This document shows, in pieces, positions 14,601 through 61,240 of a stretch of DNA of 64,000 nucleotides. A program made the position numbers and the translations under genes. The stretch spans positions 4,712,001-4,776,000 of the forward strand of contig OY740804.1 in the NCBI GenBank assembly GCA_963514005.1, given 5' to 3'. This stretch comes from Raja brachyura. Taxonomy: Eukaryota. Under the pieces are notes generated by a model. That model was not told where the DNA came from. It ran no database searches and saw only the letters and a list, made by a program, of their open reading frames with translations. Every line of letters starts with the position of its first letter. The first letter of the stretch is position 1.

Positions 14601-17600
14601 AGTTTCAAAGTTGTGGCTTGTGAGAAGCTCTCGGAATAAAATATTAATTAAAATTAATTGCGTTAGAGTAAGTTAGCTCCCTACGTTATTTGATCCTGAG
14701 CAGCAGATCTCTTGAGAATGGCGATGGGTGTCATGGTAACGCTTGCAGTTGTTAGTATGTCCACAAGGTGGTGCCACTGCCAGGAGTTGATGACTGCAAT
14801 TGAACAGGTTGTAACAGCAGAAGGATTTGTCCAATTAATGGTGATTTATTTCAAATAAACATGAAGTTGGGGTTACTCTTCAGTTATTGGGCAGCAGGCA
14901 ATGCAGATTCCCTGCGATCAACAATTGAAATGAGTCTTGCTTTCTTGGTAATGGAGAGCTCATCCCGACATGCGTTCTGTTGCTCCTTCAAGTCTAGTTT
15001 AGAGATGCAGCGTGGAAACAGGCCCCTTGGCCCACCGAGTCCGCGCCGGCCAGCGATCTGCACACACGCACACTATCCTACACGCACACTAGGGACAATT
15101 TACAATTATACCTGACAATTATTGTCTTATTGTGCGTGCCCCCTTGGGCAAGAGTGACCATAATATGGTCGAGTTCTTCATTAGGATGGAGAGTGACATT
15201 GTTAATTCAGAAACAATGGTTCTGAACTTAAGGAAAGGTAACTTTGAGGGTATGAGACGTGAATTGGCCAAGATTGACTGGCAATCAATTCTAAAAGGGT
15301 TGACGGTGGATACGCAATGGAAGACATTTAAAGACTGCATGGATGAACTACAAAAATTGTTCATCCCAATTTGGCAAAAGAACAGATCAGGGAAGGTAGT
15401 GAATCCGTGGATAACAAGGGAAATCAGGGATAGTATCAAAGCAAAGGATGATGCGTACAAAGTAGCCAGAAAAAGCAGCATACCAGAGGACTGGGAAAAA
15501 TTCAGAGACCAGCAGAGAAGGACAAAGGGCTTGATTAGGAAAGGAAAAATAGATTATGAAAGAAAACTGGCAGGGAACATAAAAACTGACTGCAAAAGTT
15601 TTTATAGATATGTGAAGAGAAAGAGATTAGTTAAAACAAATGTAGGTCCCTTGCAGTCAGAAACAGGTGAGTTGATCATGGGGAACAAGGATATGGCGGA
15701 CCAATTGAATAACTACTTTGGTTCCGTCTTCACTAAGGAAGACATAAATAATCTGCCGGAAATAGCAGGGGACCGCAGGTCAAAGGAGTACTTGAGTGAA
15801 ATCCAGGTTAGTCGGGAAGTGGTGTTGGGTAAATTGAATGGATTAAAGGCCGATAAATCCCCAGGGCCAGATAGGCTGCATCCCAGAGTACTTAAGGAAG
15901 TAGCTCCGGAAATAGTGGATGCATTAGTGATAATCTTTCAAAACTCTTTAGATTCTGGAGTAGTTCCTGAGGATTGGCGGGTAGCAAACGTAACCCCTCT
16001 TTTTAAGAAGGGGGGGAGAGAGAAAACGGGGAATTACAGACCAGTTAGTCTAACATCGGTAGTGGGGAAACTGCTAGAGTCAGTTATTAAAGATGGGATA
16101 GCAGCACATTTGGAAAGTGGTGAAATCATTGGACAAAGCCAGCATGGATTTACGAAAGGTAAATCATGTCTGACGAATCTTGTGGAATTTTTCGAGGATG
16201 TAACTAGTAGCGTGGATGGGGGAGAACCAGTGGATGTGGTGTATCTGGACTTCCAGAAGGCTTTCGACAAGGTCCCACATAAGCGATTAGTATATAAACT
16301 TAAAGCATATGGCATTGGGGGTTCAGTATTGATGTGGATAGAGAACTGGCTGGCAAACAGGAAGCAAAGAGTAGGAGTTAACGGGTCGTTTTCACAATGG
16401 CAGGCAGTGACTAGTGGGGTACCACAAGGCTCAGTGCTGGGACCCCAGCTATTTACAATATACATAAATGATCTGGATGAGGGAATTGAAGGCAATATCT
16501 CCAAGTTTGCGGATGACACTAAGCTGGGGGGCAGTGTTGGCTGTGAGGAGGATGCTAGGAGAATGCAAGGTGACTTGGATAGGCTGGGTGAGTGGGCAAA
16601 TGTTTGGCAGATGCAGTATAATGTGGATAAATGTGAGGTTATCCACTTTGGTGGCAAAAATAGGAAAACCGACTACTATCTAAATGGTGGCCGATTAGGA
16701 AAAGGGGAGATGCAGCGCGACCTGGGTGTCATGGTACACCAGTCATTGAAAGTAGGCATGCAGGTACAACAGGCAGTGAAGAAAGCCAATGGTATGTTAG
16801 CTTTCATAGCAAAAGGATTTGAGTATAGGAGCAGGGAGGTTCTACTTCAGTTGTATAGGGTCTTGGTGAGGCCACACCTGGAGTATTGCGTACAGTTCTG
16901 GTCTCCAAATCTGAGGAAGGACATTATTGCCATAGAGGGAGTGCAGCGAAGGTTCACCAGACTGATTCCTGGGATGTCAGGACTGTCTTATGAACAAAGA
17001 CTGCATAGACTCGGTTTATACTCTCTAGAATTTAGGAGATTGAGAGGGGATCTTATAGAAACTTACAAGATTCTTAAGGGGTTGGACAGGCTAGATGCAG
17101 GAAGATTGTTCCCGATGTTGGGGACGTCCAGGACAAGGGGTCACAGCTTAAGGATAAGGGGGAAATCCTTTAGGACCGAGATGAGAAGGAATTTTTTCAC
17201 ACAGAGAGTGGTGGGTCTCTGGAATTCTCTGCCACAGAGGGTAGTTGAGGCCAGTTCATTGGATATATGTAAGAGGGAGTTAGATGTGGCCCTTGTGGCT
17301 AAGGGGATCAGAGGGTATGGAGAGAAGGCAGGTACGGGATACTGAGTTGGATGATCAGCCATGATCATATTGAATGGCGGTGCAGGCTCGAAGGGCCGAA
17401 TGGCCTATTCCTGCACCTAATTTCTATGTTTCTATGTTTCTATGTTTCTATTATATACCGTGATCACTTGCGTTAATTGGCAGGAATTAAGCCAATTATC
17501 CTACACGTCTTTGAGATGTGGTGGGAAACCGGAGCACTCAGAGGAAACCCAGAGACGCGGCTCAGTTATGGAGTTGCTGCCTTAAAGCGTCAGAGAACTC

Positions 17601-20600
17601 AGTCCGATCCTGACTATGGGTGCTGTCTGTACGGAGTTTGCACATTCTCCCTGCGACTGTGTGGGTTTTCTCTGGGTGCTCCGGTTTCCTCCCTGATTCA
17701 AAAGACATACAGGTTTGTAGGTTAACTGGCTTTGGTAAATTGCCCCTGTGTGTAGGATAGAACTAGTTTATGGGTGATCGACGGTCTGCGTGGACTCTGT
17801 GCCAAAGGGCCCGTTTCCCCGCTGTTTCTCTAAACTAAACAAAACGTAGGTTTGATCCTGAGCTCGGATGCTGTCTGTGAATTCGCACTCTCTCCCTGTA
17901 ACCGTGTGGGTCTCCTCCGGGTGCTCCGGTTTCCTCCCAGGGACGTGCAGGTTAATTGGCCTCCAAATTTCCCCTAGTGGATGTGAAAGTGGGATAACAT
18001 GGAACTAACGTGAATGATGGTTGGTGTGGACTCAGTGGGCCGAAGGGCCTGTTTTCATGCTGTATCTTTTAATTAATCACTTAAATTAAATTTAGCAAGA
18101 ATGGAAAAGGATGCGAACTTTTAACCCTGAAGTGTTTCGCAATTTAGGACAAAAATCTAACTTTGTGCACTACGAGATCAAATGAAATAAATGTTACTGT
18201 TGAGACTTTGAAACTTGGCCTTCCCTCAAGTAAAATAGTACAAGGCAGTCTTTGTTTACTGTGCGTGCAATCTAATTCAGATCATTACAGGTTGTATCCT
18301 TTGTTCTTTGTGACTGATACAGGAAAAATTGAAGCCCAGTTATCTGAAGGATTTACCGGGTATTTTGAAGCAGTTCTCAGAGTTTCTGGGGAAAAAGTCA
18401 TGGTTTGCAGGTGACAAGGTGAGTTTCTGCCTAGGCTGAAGGCTGCATTAACCGAAGATGGACACAAAGTGCTGGAGTAACTCAACGAGTCGGGCAGCAT
18501 CTCGGGAGAAAAGGAATAGGTGATGTTTTGGGTTGGGTCTGAAGAAAGGTTTCGACCCTAAATATATCACCAATTCCTTCTCTCCAGAGACACTGCATGA
18601 CCCGCTGAGTTACTCCAGCTTTATGTGTCTACTGCATTTCTGGAGAACATGGCTAGGTGACAGTTTATGACTGGATCCTTCTCCAGACTGATTGAAAAGG
18701 TGGTCACAACTCTTCAATCCTTTGATCTCACTCCTCCTGTCTATTCATCTCTCACCTTTCTGCAACCTATCTTCCAAAAACCCCCTTTCACCTGTATCAA
18801 CCTTTTACCTGCCAAGTGTGTAGGAAGGAACCACAGATGCTGCTGGTTTACACCGAAGATAGACACAAAATGCTGGAGTAACTCAGCGGGACAGGCAGCA
18901 TCTCTGGAGAGAAGGAATGGGTGACGTTTCGAGTCGAGGCCCTCCTTCAGGGGATCCACCGGAAACGTCACCCATTCCTTCTCTCCGGAGATGCTGCCTG
19001 TCCCACTGAGTTACTCCAGCATTTTGTGTCTTACTATTACCTGCCAGGCATTGGCCTGCCCCTTCTCTCTTCCAGCTTTCCTTCCCCACCCCTATAATCT
19101 GTCTGTAGAAGGAAGAAGACCTGAAACGTCACCCATCCATTTTCTGCAGAAATGCTGCCTGACCTGCCGAGTTACTTCAGCACTTTGTGTCTACCTTTGG
19201 TGTAAACCAGCATCTGCAGTTCCTTTTTATTACATTTGGTCTGCTCCATTAATCTGCTGGAACGTGTCCTTGCTATTGTCGTGGAGTCAAACGACTTCCC
19301 TTCCCACACTGACTCCTTTGTGCCCTCTTCCGTCATTGCCAGAGGCTTTGTAAAGCTGTAACATGGCATCTCCTGAAGCTATGCCTGCCTAGTTTTTGAC
19401 CTTTCACTCTGTTCATAGGTGGTAGGAGCAGAATTAGGCCATGCGGCCCATCGAGTCTACTCCGCCATTCAATCACGGCTGATCTATCTCTCCCTCCCAA
19501 CCCCTTTCTCCTGCCTTCTCCCCATAACCCCTGATACCCGTACTAATCGAGAATCTATCTCTCTCTGCCGTAAAAATATCCATTGACTTGGCCTCCGCAC
19601 CCTTCCGTGGCAATGAATTCCACAGATTCACCACCCTTTGACTAAAGAAATTCCTAATCTTCCTAAGGGAACATCCTTTAATTTTGAGGCTACGACCTCT
19701 GGTCCTAGACTCTCTCACTAGTGGAAACATCTCAACATCCATTCTATCCAGGCCTGTTGTGGGGGGGGGGCGGGGGGGGGTTAAAGGTTTTGACTGTCTA
19801 CCCTCTCTAAGCCCCTAAGCTATAAAGTCAAATGAGTTTGAAGAGAGAATCTTCAATCTAACCTGCCTGCGTTTGGATCCAGCAACCAATACAATGTCAT
19901 TTTTACTTTCTCTTCTCAGATCACGTTTGTAGATTTTCTCTTGTATGAACTCCTTGACGAACATGTTGTGTTTGAGCCCAAGTGCTTGGAAGAATTTAAG
20001 AACTTAAAGGAGTTTCTCACCCGTTTTGAGGTAAGAATAATGGATTAAAGCAAGTTGGCTTTTTCTTTTTAAAAAGTCTTCTGAGTTTGCAGTGAAAATT
20101 CAATCAGTCATGTTTTTAAAAAACAATCCCAAGGCATGTAACTGAATTGCAATATTGAAATAACTGCGGTGCTGCTGTGCATATTTAATTTAGTTTATTG
20201 TAATGTGTACCGAGGTACAGTGAAAAGCTTTTTCATTGCCGTGCTGTCCAATCGGTGGAAAGACAATACAAGATTACAATCAAGCCATCCACAGTGCACA
20301 GATACAGGATAAAGGGAGTAACGTTTAATGCACAATTCAGGAAGGATCTCACCCGGAAACGTCACCCATTCATTCTCTCCAGGGATCCTGCCTGTCCCCC
20401 TGATTTACTCCAGCTTTTTGTGTCTATCTTCAAAGTCCAATTCAAGATAGTCCTCGAGTCTACAATGAGGTAGATGGGAGGTCAGGACCACTCTCCGGTT
20501 GGTGATGGGATGTTCAGTTGCCTGATAACAGCCTGGAAGAAACTCCCTGAATCAGGAGGTGTGCGTTTTCACACTTCTATACCTCTTGCCCGTTGGGAGA

Positions 20601-22522
20601 GGGGAGAAGAGGGATTGACCGGGGTGAGATCGTCCTACATTATGCTGCAGGCCTTGCTGACGTATCGTGAGGTGTAGATGGAGTCAACGGAAGGGAGATT
20701 AGTTTGCGGGATGGTCTGGCTATCAATGAACAAATATATTGTTGTATACAATGTTTGAATGTCCACTATTACTGAATAAGGGATTCGCACCAACCACCCA
20801 CCAGTCACTATGAACCAATTAGTTGTTTTCAAATCCAAATCTTGACAGCTAAAAATGTGTTTTTTATTACAGCAAGCCTAAAAATACTAAAGGTTGTTTG
20901 TTGGTAGACAACAATGCTGAAGAAACTCAGTGGGTGAGGCAGCATCTATGGAGCGAAGGAATAGGTGACGTTTTGGATGCCGCCTCAACCGCTGAGTTTC
21001 TCCAGCATTGTTGTCTACCTTTGATTTTTCCAGCATCCGCAGTTCTTTCTTAAAATAATGGCCCTGTCCCACGGTACGAGTTCATTCCAAGAGCTCTCCC
21101 GAGTTAAAAAAGAATCAAACTCTTGGTAAGCACGGAGACTTAATGTAGCGAGTACGTCGGAGCTCGGGGAAAAATGTCCACAAGAGCCCCGAGTACCGAC
21201 GAGCGGCCATTACCGTAAATTTCGAATCAGGGCAAACTTGGGGGAGCTCTTGGAATTAACTTGATTGATTAAGGTTTATTTAATAGGGACAGATACAAAA
21301 GCACAGATACACTTGAAACGGTCATTTGATTAGCCAAGGCTAATTCGCAACACTTGTCCCTAGTAGGGCTTTTGTCAGCAGCATACAATAATAAAGAACA
21401 CACAAATACACAATGAAAATGTAACGTAAGCATCCACCACAGCATTCGTCACTGGTGGAAGGCACAACATTTGCCAGTCCTCCTCCACGTTCCCCTGTGG
21501 TCGGGACCTCAACCCTCCGCAGCCATCGCTGCAGGTGTCCAGGCAGGGTAAAGTCCAGGGTCGGCTCTCCCCACCGGACACCGCGGCTTCAGGCTGGTAT
21601 AGGCCGGCGGTTGAAGATTTAAAGTTCCCACCGCTGCCAGAAGCACCGCAGACTGCAGGGCCGGCGGTCGAAGTTCCCCTCTGGGGGTAATAGTAAGTCC
21701 ATGCCGGACCCGCGGTAGAAATAGACCGCGGGCCGGCGGTGGTGGCTACTTCTTCCCCCGGGTCCCCCATGAGGAATCCCGGGCTGCGGACGCCGCTCCC
21801 CGCTGGAGCCCTGCAGACCGCGGCTTCAGGCTGCCGACTGCCGCGGGCCAGCGAAACGAAGCGCTCCCCTCCGGTGAGCCCCAGCGAGGGCTCGCCCGCT
21901 CCCCGCCGAGTGTCCACGCTGCGCCTGCTGCTGAAGTCCCGGGCGCGATCCTTGTTGTTAGGCCACGGGGGAGGCGACATGGAAAAGTTGCCTCTCCGTG
22001 GAACAGGTGGTGAAAACGGTTTCCCCCTTACCCCCCCCACACCACCCCCCACACCACCCCCCCGCACAAGACACACCAAGAAACATTTAAACGGTGCACT
22101 GAAACATACTAAAAACAAACAAAAGTGGAAAAAAGACAGACAGCTGCTAACAGGGCTGCCGGCTTCCAGTGCCCTCACCGACTTGTACAGTGGGACAGGG
22201 CCATTAGTAACAAACAACTTTTGTTTAATAGAGTTAAGTGTCTATGGTAGAGATGGCTTGTCAATTTCAATGCCTCGTCAGTTTCGAGTGCTGTAACAAG
22301 CAGCCTGTGTTCTTAAAGGGACATCTATAACCGACATCCCTTATAAAGAGGACTGTAATAAAATTGCATTTTCTAGTTCTGTATGCATGGCATTCGTATT
22401 AATGGTGACCAAACGATTTCTTTCCTGTGCAGGCCTTGGAAAAGATTGCAGCCTACATGCAATCTGACCGCTTTATGAAGGGTCCATTCAACAACCGGAT
22501 GGCCAAGTGGGGCAACATGTGA
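5649..22522 (+). CDS. GSTM: Glutathione S-transferase Mu class, complete 8-exon gene: join(5649..5690,9243..9318,10488..10552,11316..11397,13950..14050,18323..18418,19920..20030,22433..22522), 220 aa
   Basis: All introns are GT-AG and the 663-nt spliced frame is open: [85 protein letters not shown]...ITFVDFLLYELLD...MAKWGNM*. It has the catalytic Tyr in LGYW, the Mu loop, and FPNLPYLID and SNAI motifs. Internal exon sizes 76/65/82/101/96/111 match the vertebrate GSTM structure. Confidence 0.97.
9243..9318 (+). CDS. GSTM: GSTM exon 2 ([25 protein letters not shown])
   Basis: Acceptor ctcttgtcacAG, donor G|GTACGT, 76 nt. Confidence 0.96.
10488..10552 (+). CDS. GSTM: GSTM exon 3 ([22 protein letters not shown])
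   Basis: Acceptor tttgtttccAG, donor C|GTAAGT, 65 nt; encodes the Mu loop. Confidence 0.96.
11316..11397 (+). CDS. GSTM: GSTM exon 4 ([27 protein letters not shown])
   Basis: Acceptor tctctttctAG, donor G|GTAAGA, 82 nt. Confidence 0.96.
13950..14050 (+). CDS. GSTM: GSTM exon 5 (VGETEAEKTRMDVVENQAMDFRMGFARMCYNPDF)
   Basis: Acceptor cctttgcacAG, donor T|GTAAGT, 101 nt. Confidence 0.96.
15113..17450 (+). mobile_element. 5'-truncated CR1-clade (HER1-like) LINE with an uninterrupted ORF2 remnant (15132-17345, 737 aa)
   Basis: End of the APE domain (LGKSDH); RT motifs (YRPVSLTS, LDFQKAFDKVPH, GVPQGSVLGP, FADD); 3' UTR and (TTTCTATG)n tail; inserted into a SINE within GSTM intron 5. Confidence 0.95.
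18323..18418 (+). CDS. GSTM: GSTM exon 6 (EKLKPSYLKDLPGILKQFSEFLGKKSWFAGDK)
   Basis: Acceptor gatacAG, donor AAG|GTGAGT, 96 nt. Confidence 0.96.
19920..20030 (+). CDS. GSTM: GSTM exon 7 (ITFVDFLLYELLDEHVVFEPKCLEEFKNLKEFLTRFE)
   Basis: Acceptor tttctcttctcAG, donor GAG|GTAAGA, 111 nt. Confidence 0.96.
21056..22206. mobile_element. MITE-like element (TAATGGCCCTGTCCCAC TIRs) carrying a nested GC-rich repeat (about 21265-22175)
   Basis: 22-bp TIRs with 1 mismatch; the nested segment resembles 22710-23420 and 38290-38770. Confidence 0.72.
22433..22522 (+). CDS. GSTM: GSTM exon 8, coding part (ALEKIAAYMQSDRFMKGPFNNRMAKWGNM*)
   Basis: Acceptor tttcctgtgcAG; TGA stop at 22520-22522. Confidence 0.95.
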   Translation, partial: ALEKIAAYMQSDRFMKGPFNNRMAKWGNM

Positions 22523-22576
22523 GGGAATTTGGTCCTCCTGCCCGATCCTGAAATTGAACAAGAGTTTTGCGGCTCT

Positions 22577-22582
22577 AATAAA
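22577..22582 (+). terminator. Candidate GSTM polyadenylation signal AATAAA
   Basis: First AATAAA, 54 nt after the stop, followed by GT/T-rich sequence. Confidence 0.55.
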
Positions 22583-22709
22583 GAATGAAATTAGTTGGTA
22601 AGGTTTGCCTAATGTCTCTCTATTTCTCTTTCTGATCTACTGCTGCCTTGTTGCTATGAGCAACCCACTCACCTTTTCCATGGAATACAGGTCTCTTGGA
22701 TTATAGATC

Positions 22710-23420
22710 ATAATCTTAATAATACTTCATTAGCCAAGTATGTTTTGCAACATACGAGGAATTTGATTTGCCAGACAGTCATACTAATAAAAAGCAACAG
22801 AACACACAAAATACATTTTAACATGAACATCAACCACAGTGACTCCTCCACATTCCTCACTGTGACGGAAGGGTGAAAAAAAGTTAAATCTCTTCCCTTC
22901 TTTGTTCCCCCGAGCCTTCCGTTGACGGGACGATCTTGGCTCCCATAGCTGAGGGTGTTTGGGCCCTTGCGTCGGGGATGATCAAGCTCCTGCATTGGGG
23001 GGGGGGGAATCTCAGCTCCCCCCCGTAGCGGGCGATCGGACTCCGGGTCGGGGCTGGTCGAAACCTTCAGCGTAGTTTGGAGCTTCCCGACATCGATCTC
23101 TACCCGAGGCGGCGAGCTCCTCGATGGTGAAATCAGCAGGCCGCGGTTGGAGCGTTGATTCCAGGCAAGGGATCAGATCCGACGGTAACTCAAAGACAGT
23201 TCCGAGCGAGGTCTCCGGCTCCATGATGCTAGGCCGCAGAGCAACCGGAGATACGATCCGGAAAACAATCGCGTCTCCGACAAGGTAAGAGAAAGAAAAA
23301 AAAGTTTATCTCCCCGCACCCCCCCCCACATAAAACCAACCAGAGAACTTTCACACATACTTTTAAAACACACTCAAAATAACAAATAAAAGACAGACTG
23401 TTGGCGTTGCTGCCATCGTG
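22710..23420 (-). mobile_element. GC/CpG-rich interspersed repeat of uncertain class (relatives at about 21265-22175 on - and 38290-38770 on +)
   Basis: Shared architecture: T/G-rich head, G-run plus TTTTC, CpG-rich body, GGAGGAGGACT motif and AT-rich tail. Confidence 0.6.
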
Positions 23421-23422
23421 CG

Positions 23423-23436
23423 GCGCCCCCTGGTGG
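23423..23436 (-). promoter_or_regulatory. Consensus CTCF motif CCACCAGGGGGCGC between GSTM and AHCYL1
   Basis: + strand reads GCGCCCCCTGGTGG, an exact match to the CTCF core consensus; binding is not shown. Confidence 0.5.
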
Positions 23437-24529
23437 ACATTGCTTGTGGGTATGTCAGCCCTGTCGCCTAATTACCCCCACTGCTATCCATGTCCATGTG
23501 TCATTGTTCAAAGCTTGATTGGTGACATTTTGGGTCGGGACTCCAGAGATGCCACCTGTCCCGCTGAGTTACTCCAGCATTTTGTGCCTTGGTAAACCAG
23601 CTCCTGCCATTCCTTGTCTCTTTCTCTTTTGGATTATTTCTGAACCAAGCTGTCAAGTAGTCGTGAGCAGAGAGGTCTTGGTGAAACTTTACTCAATTAG
23701 TTCAGTTTAGTTTAAAGGCACCGCGTGGAAACAGGCCATTCGTCCCACTGAGTCCATGCTGACCAGCGAGTTATATCCTACACACGAGGTACAATTTACA
23801 GAAGCCAATTACCTACAAACCTACACATCTTTAGAATGTGGGGGGGTGGGGAGTCCACGTCGTCATGGGGAGAACGTGCAAACTGTACAGACAGCACCCA
23901 TAGTCAGGATCGAACCCGGGTCTCTGGCACTAAGGCAACTCCACTGCTGTGCCCCTTTTTACAATTGTTCCGTAATCCTATACCTTTGCTGCTGATTCCA
24001 GTTATTTTCCCGAGTGCTGGCAGAAATGTCTCATGCTTTGCAGTTTGTATCCTGCCTGACCTTGTGTAGGTATTTTTTAAAAAAACCTTGTGTGCTACCT
24101 GCAGCTAATTGCTTGTGGGTACGTCAGCTGAGTCCGAGTTATCATCACTACTATCTATGTCCATGTCTTCAAAGCTTGATTGATGCTGACCTCACGAACT
24201 GTGCCCTTCAATAATTGCAAATGATTCACAACTTCATCCACATTCCTATCCAGGGTACGACACACTCCTGTCAACTGAGGGGGTGGCACAGTTGCTGCCT
24301 CATAGCGCCAGAGACCCGGGTTCGATCCTGACTGTGGGTGCTGCCTGTATGGAGTCTGTAGGTTCTCCCTGTGACTGCCTGGGTTTTCCCCGGGTGCTCC
24401 GGTTTTCTGCCAAACTACAGTCGTACTCTAAACTAAACTCTGCCCCTGTTTCCTTTTGTTGATGAATACATTGAGGGATGGTTTAGTTTATTGTCACGTG
24501 TACTGAGGTTCAGTGAAAAGCATTTTTGT

Positions 24530-25353
24530 GGGTTACACAAAAAGCTGGAGAAACTCAGCGGGTGCAGCAGCATTTAAGGAGCGAAGGAGATAGGCGACGT
24601 TTCGGGTCGAGACCCTTCTTCAGACTGGTCAGGGATCAGGGAAAAGAGTGATATAGACAGTGATGTGGAGAGATAAAGAACAATGAATGAAAGATATGCA
24701 AAAAAGGATTGATGATAAAGGAAACAGGCCATTGTAAGCTGTTTGTAGTGTGAAAATGAGAAGCTAGTGAGACTGGGGGGGGGGGGGGAAGATGGAGAAG
24801 GAATGTCAGGGGCTGAGGGGGAGGGGGAGGGGGCAGCCAGGGTTAACAGAATTGAGAAAATTCAATGTTTAAGCCCAGAGGATGCAGACTCCCCAAGCGG
24901 AATATGAGGTGCTGTTCCTCCAACTTGCGGTGTTGCTCACTCTGGCCGTGGAGGAGGCCCAGGACCGAGAGGTCGGATACGGAATGGGAGGGGGAGTTGA
25001 AGTGCTGAGCCACCGGGAGGTCGGGTTGGTTATTGCGGACCGATCGCCAAGCCTCCGCTTGGTCTCACCGATATAGATCAGCTGGCATCTGGAGCAACGG
25101 ATGCAGTAGATGAGGTTGGAGGAAGTGCAGGTGAACCTCTGTCGGACTTGGAATGACTGCTTGGGTCCCTGAAAGGAGTGGATGGGGGAGGTGAAGGGAC
25201 AAGTGTAGCATCTCTGGAAGAAGTCTGAAGAAGGGTCTCGACCCGAAACGTCGCCTATCTCCTTCGCTCCTTAGATGCTGCTGCACCCGCTGAGTTTCTC
25301 CAGCTTTTTGTGTCACCCTCGATTCTCCAGCTTCTGCAGTTCCTTCTTTAACA
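24530..25353 (-). mobile_element. Penelope-like retroelement remnant: GIY-YIG endonuclease C-terminus plus pseudo-LTR (pLTR), with an inverted pLTR copy at the 5' end
   Basis: The minus strand of about 24843-25200 translates to GPKQSFQVRQRFTCTSSNLIYCIRCSRCQLIYIGETKRRLGDR / PVAQHFNSPSHSVSDLSVLGL...RKLEEQHLIFRLGSLHPLGLNIEFSQFC*, with an internal deletion. 24530-24626 and 25223-25319 are inverted copies of each other. Confidence 0.88.
25225..25252 (+). ncRNA. Penelope-type minimal hammerhead ribozyme core (representative of many copies)
   Basis: CTGAAGA-A-GGGT(CTCG)ACCC-GAAAC-GTC: CUGANGA and GAAA boxes, stem II hairpin, palindromic ACGT stem III and GUC triplet. Stem I is weak. Confidence 0.6.
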
Positions 25354-25888
25354 ACATAAAAGCTTTTTTTGTTGCGTGCTATCTCGTCAGCGGAAAGACT
25401 ATGAATACAATCGAGCTGAAGGGTACATTGGTCAGTACAAGGTAAAGTCTGATCAAAGATTGTCCCAGGGTCTACAATGAGGTAGATAGTAGCTCAGGAC
25501 CGCTCTCTAGTTGTTGATAGGATGGTTCAGTTCACCTCAAACCCTTTCACTTTGCACAAATCCTGTTTTAAATCAAAACTACCGCAGATGCGGGAAGTCT
25601 AAAATGAAATGTTGGAAATGCTCAACAGGTCCAGCGCCATATGTGGGGAGAAGATCAGAGTCAATGTTTCAGCTCGAAGATCCTTTGTCTGAAATTGCAT
25701 CTTGCACCTGATACACATGAAGGAAAAACATTTTTTTAAGTTTTACATTAAAAAATAGTTCTAAACGAAATCATGTCTTCAGCGTTTACAGCGAGTATTT
25801 CTTATTTCCCCTATTGCAAAAGTATTTTCCTCTATGATAGTTGCAAAGTTGAGGCTAACTTTTTTTGATGGGAGGAGGCCACGTGTCG

Positions 25889-26161
25889 ACGTCAGACGCA
25901 GAGTGCTGGCAGGGAGGAACGCTGACGTCAGACGCAGAATGCTGGCAGGGTGGTGCCTGCGCGTTGTCGTCAGATGCAGAGAGCTGACAGGGAGGGGCTT
26001 GCGTGTAAACGTCATACGCAGAGCGCTGGCAGGGAAAGGGGTCTGACGTCCGACAGCGAGTGCTGGCAAGGAGGGGCTTGCGTGTTAACGTCAGACGCAG
26101 AGTACTGGTAGAGTGGGCTTTGCGTGGTAACGTAAGACGCAGAGTGCTGGCAGTGAGGTTG
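25889..26161 (+). repeat. Degenerate tandem repeat, 7 units of 32-42 bp, core ACGTCAGACGCAGAGTGCTGGCAGGG
   Basis: Units start at 25889, 25925, 25967, 26009, 26046, 26088 and 26130. Confidence 0.9.
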
Positions 26162-26363
26162 ACGCAAGGTTAGGGCACGCACGACGTGAGCGTGCGTGCG
26201 TGTGGGAGGGAGGGAGGGAGAGAGAGAGAGAGAGAGGCGGCGCTCGGTGACGGACGGTGGAGTTGGTCGCCGCCACCACAGATACAGCCGCACTCGGAGC
26301 GGTGAGAGGCAGAAGGTCGCAGTCGCCAGCCAGAGAGACGTTGAGAGACAGCGAACCGGAGCC

Positions 26364-61240
<34,877 letters not shown>

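Noticed and set aside
16034-16657. 207-aa antisense ORF
   Set aside because: Shadow frame of the LINE reverse transcriptase.
21375-22296. 280-aa and 185-aa ORFs in GSTM intron 7
   Set aside because: They lie within a GC-rich interspersed repeat, with no recognisable domain or splice context.
25889-26161. CRISPR-like array (conserved core with variable spacers)
   Set aside because: Vertebrate locus with no cas genes. The linkers are only 6-16 bp and related to each other, and the cores are degenerate; this is a minisatellite.
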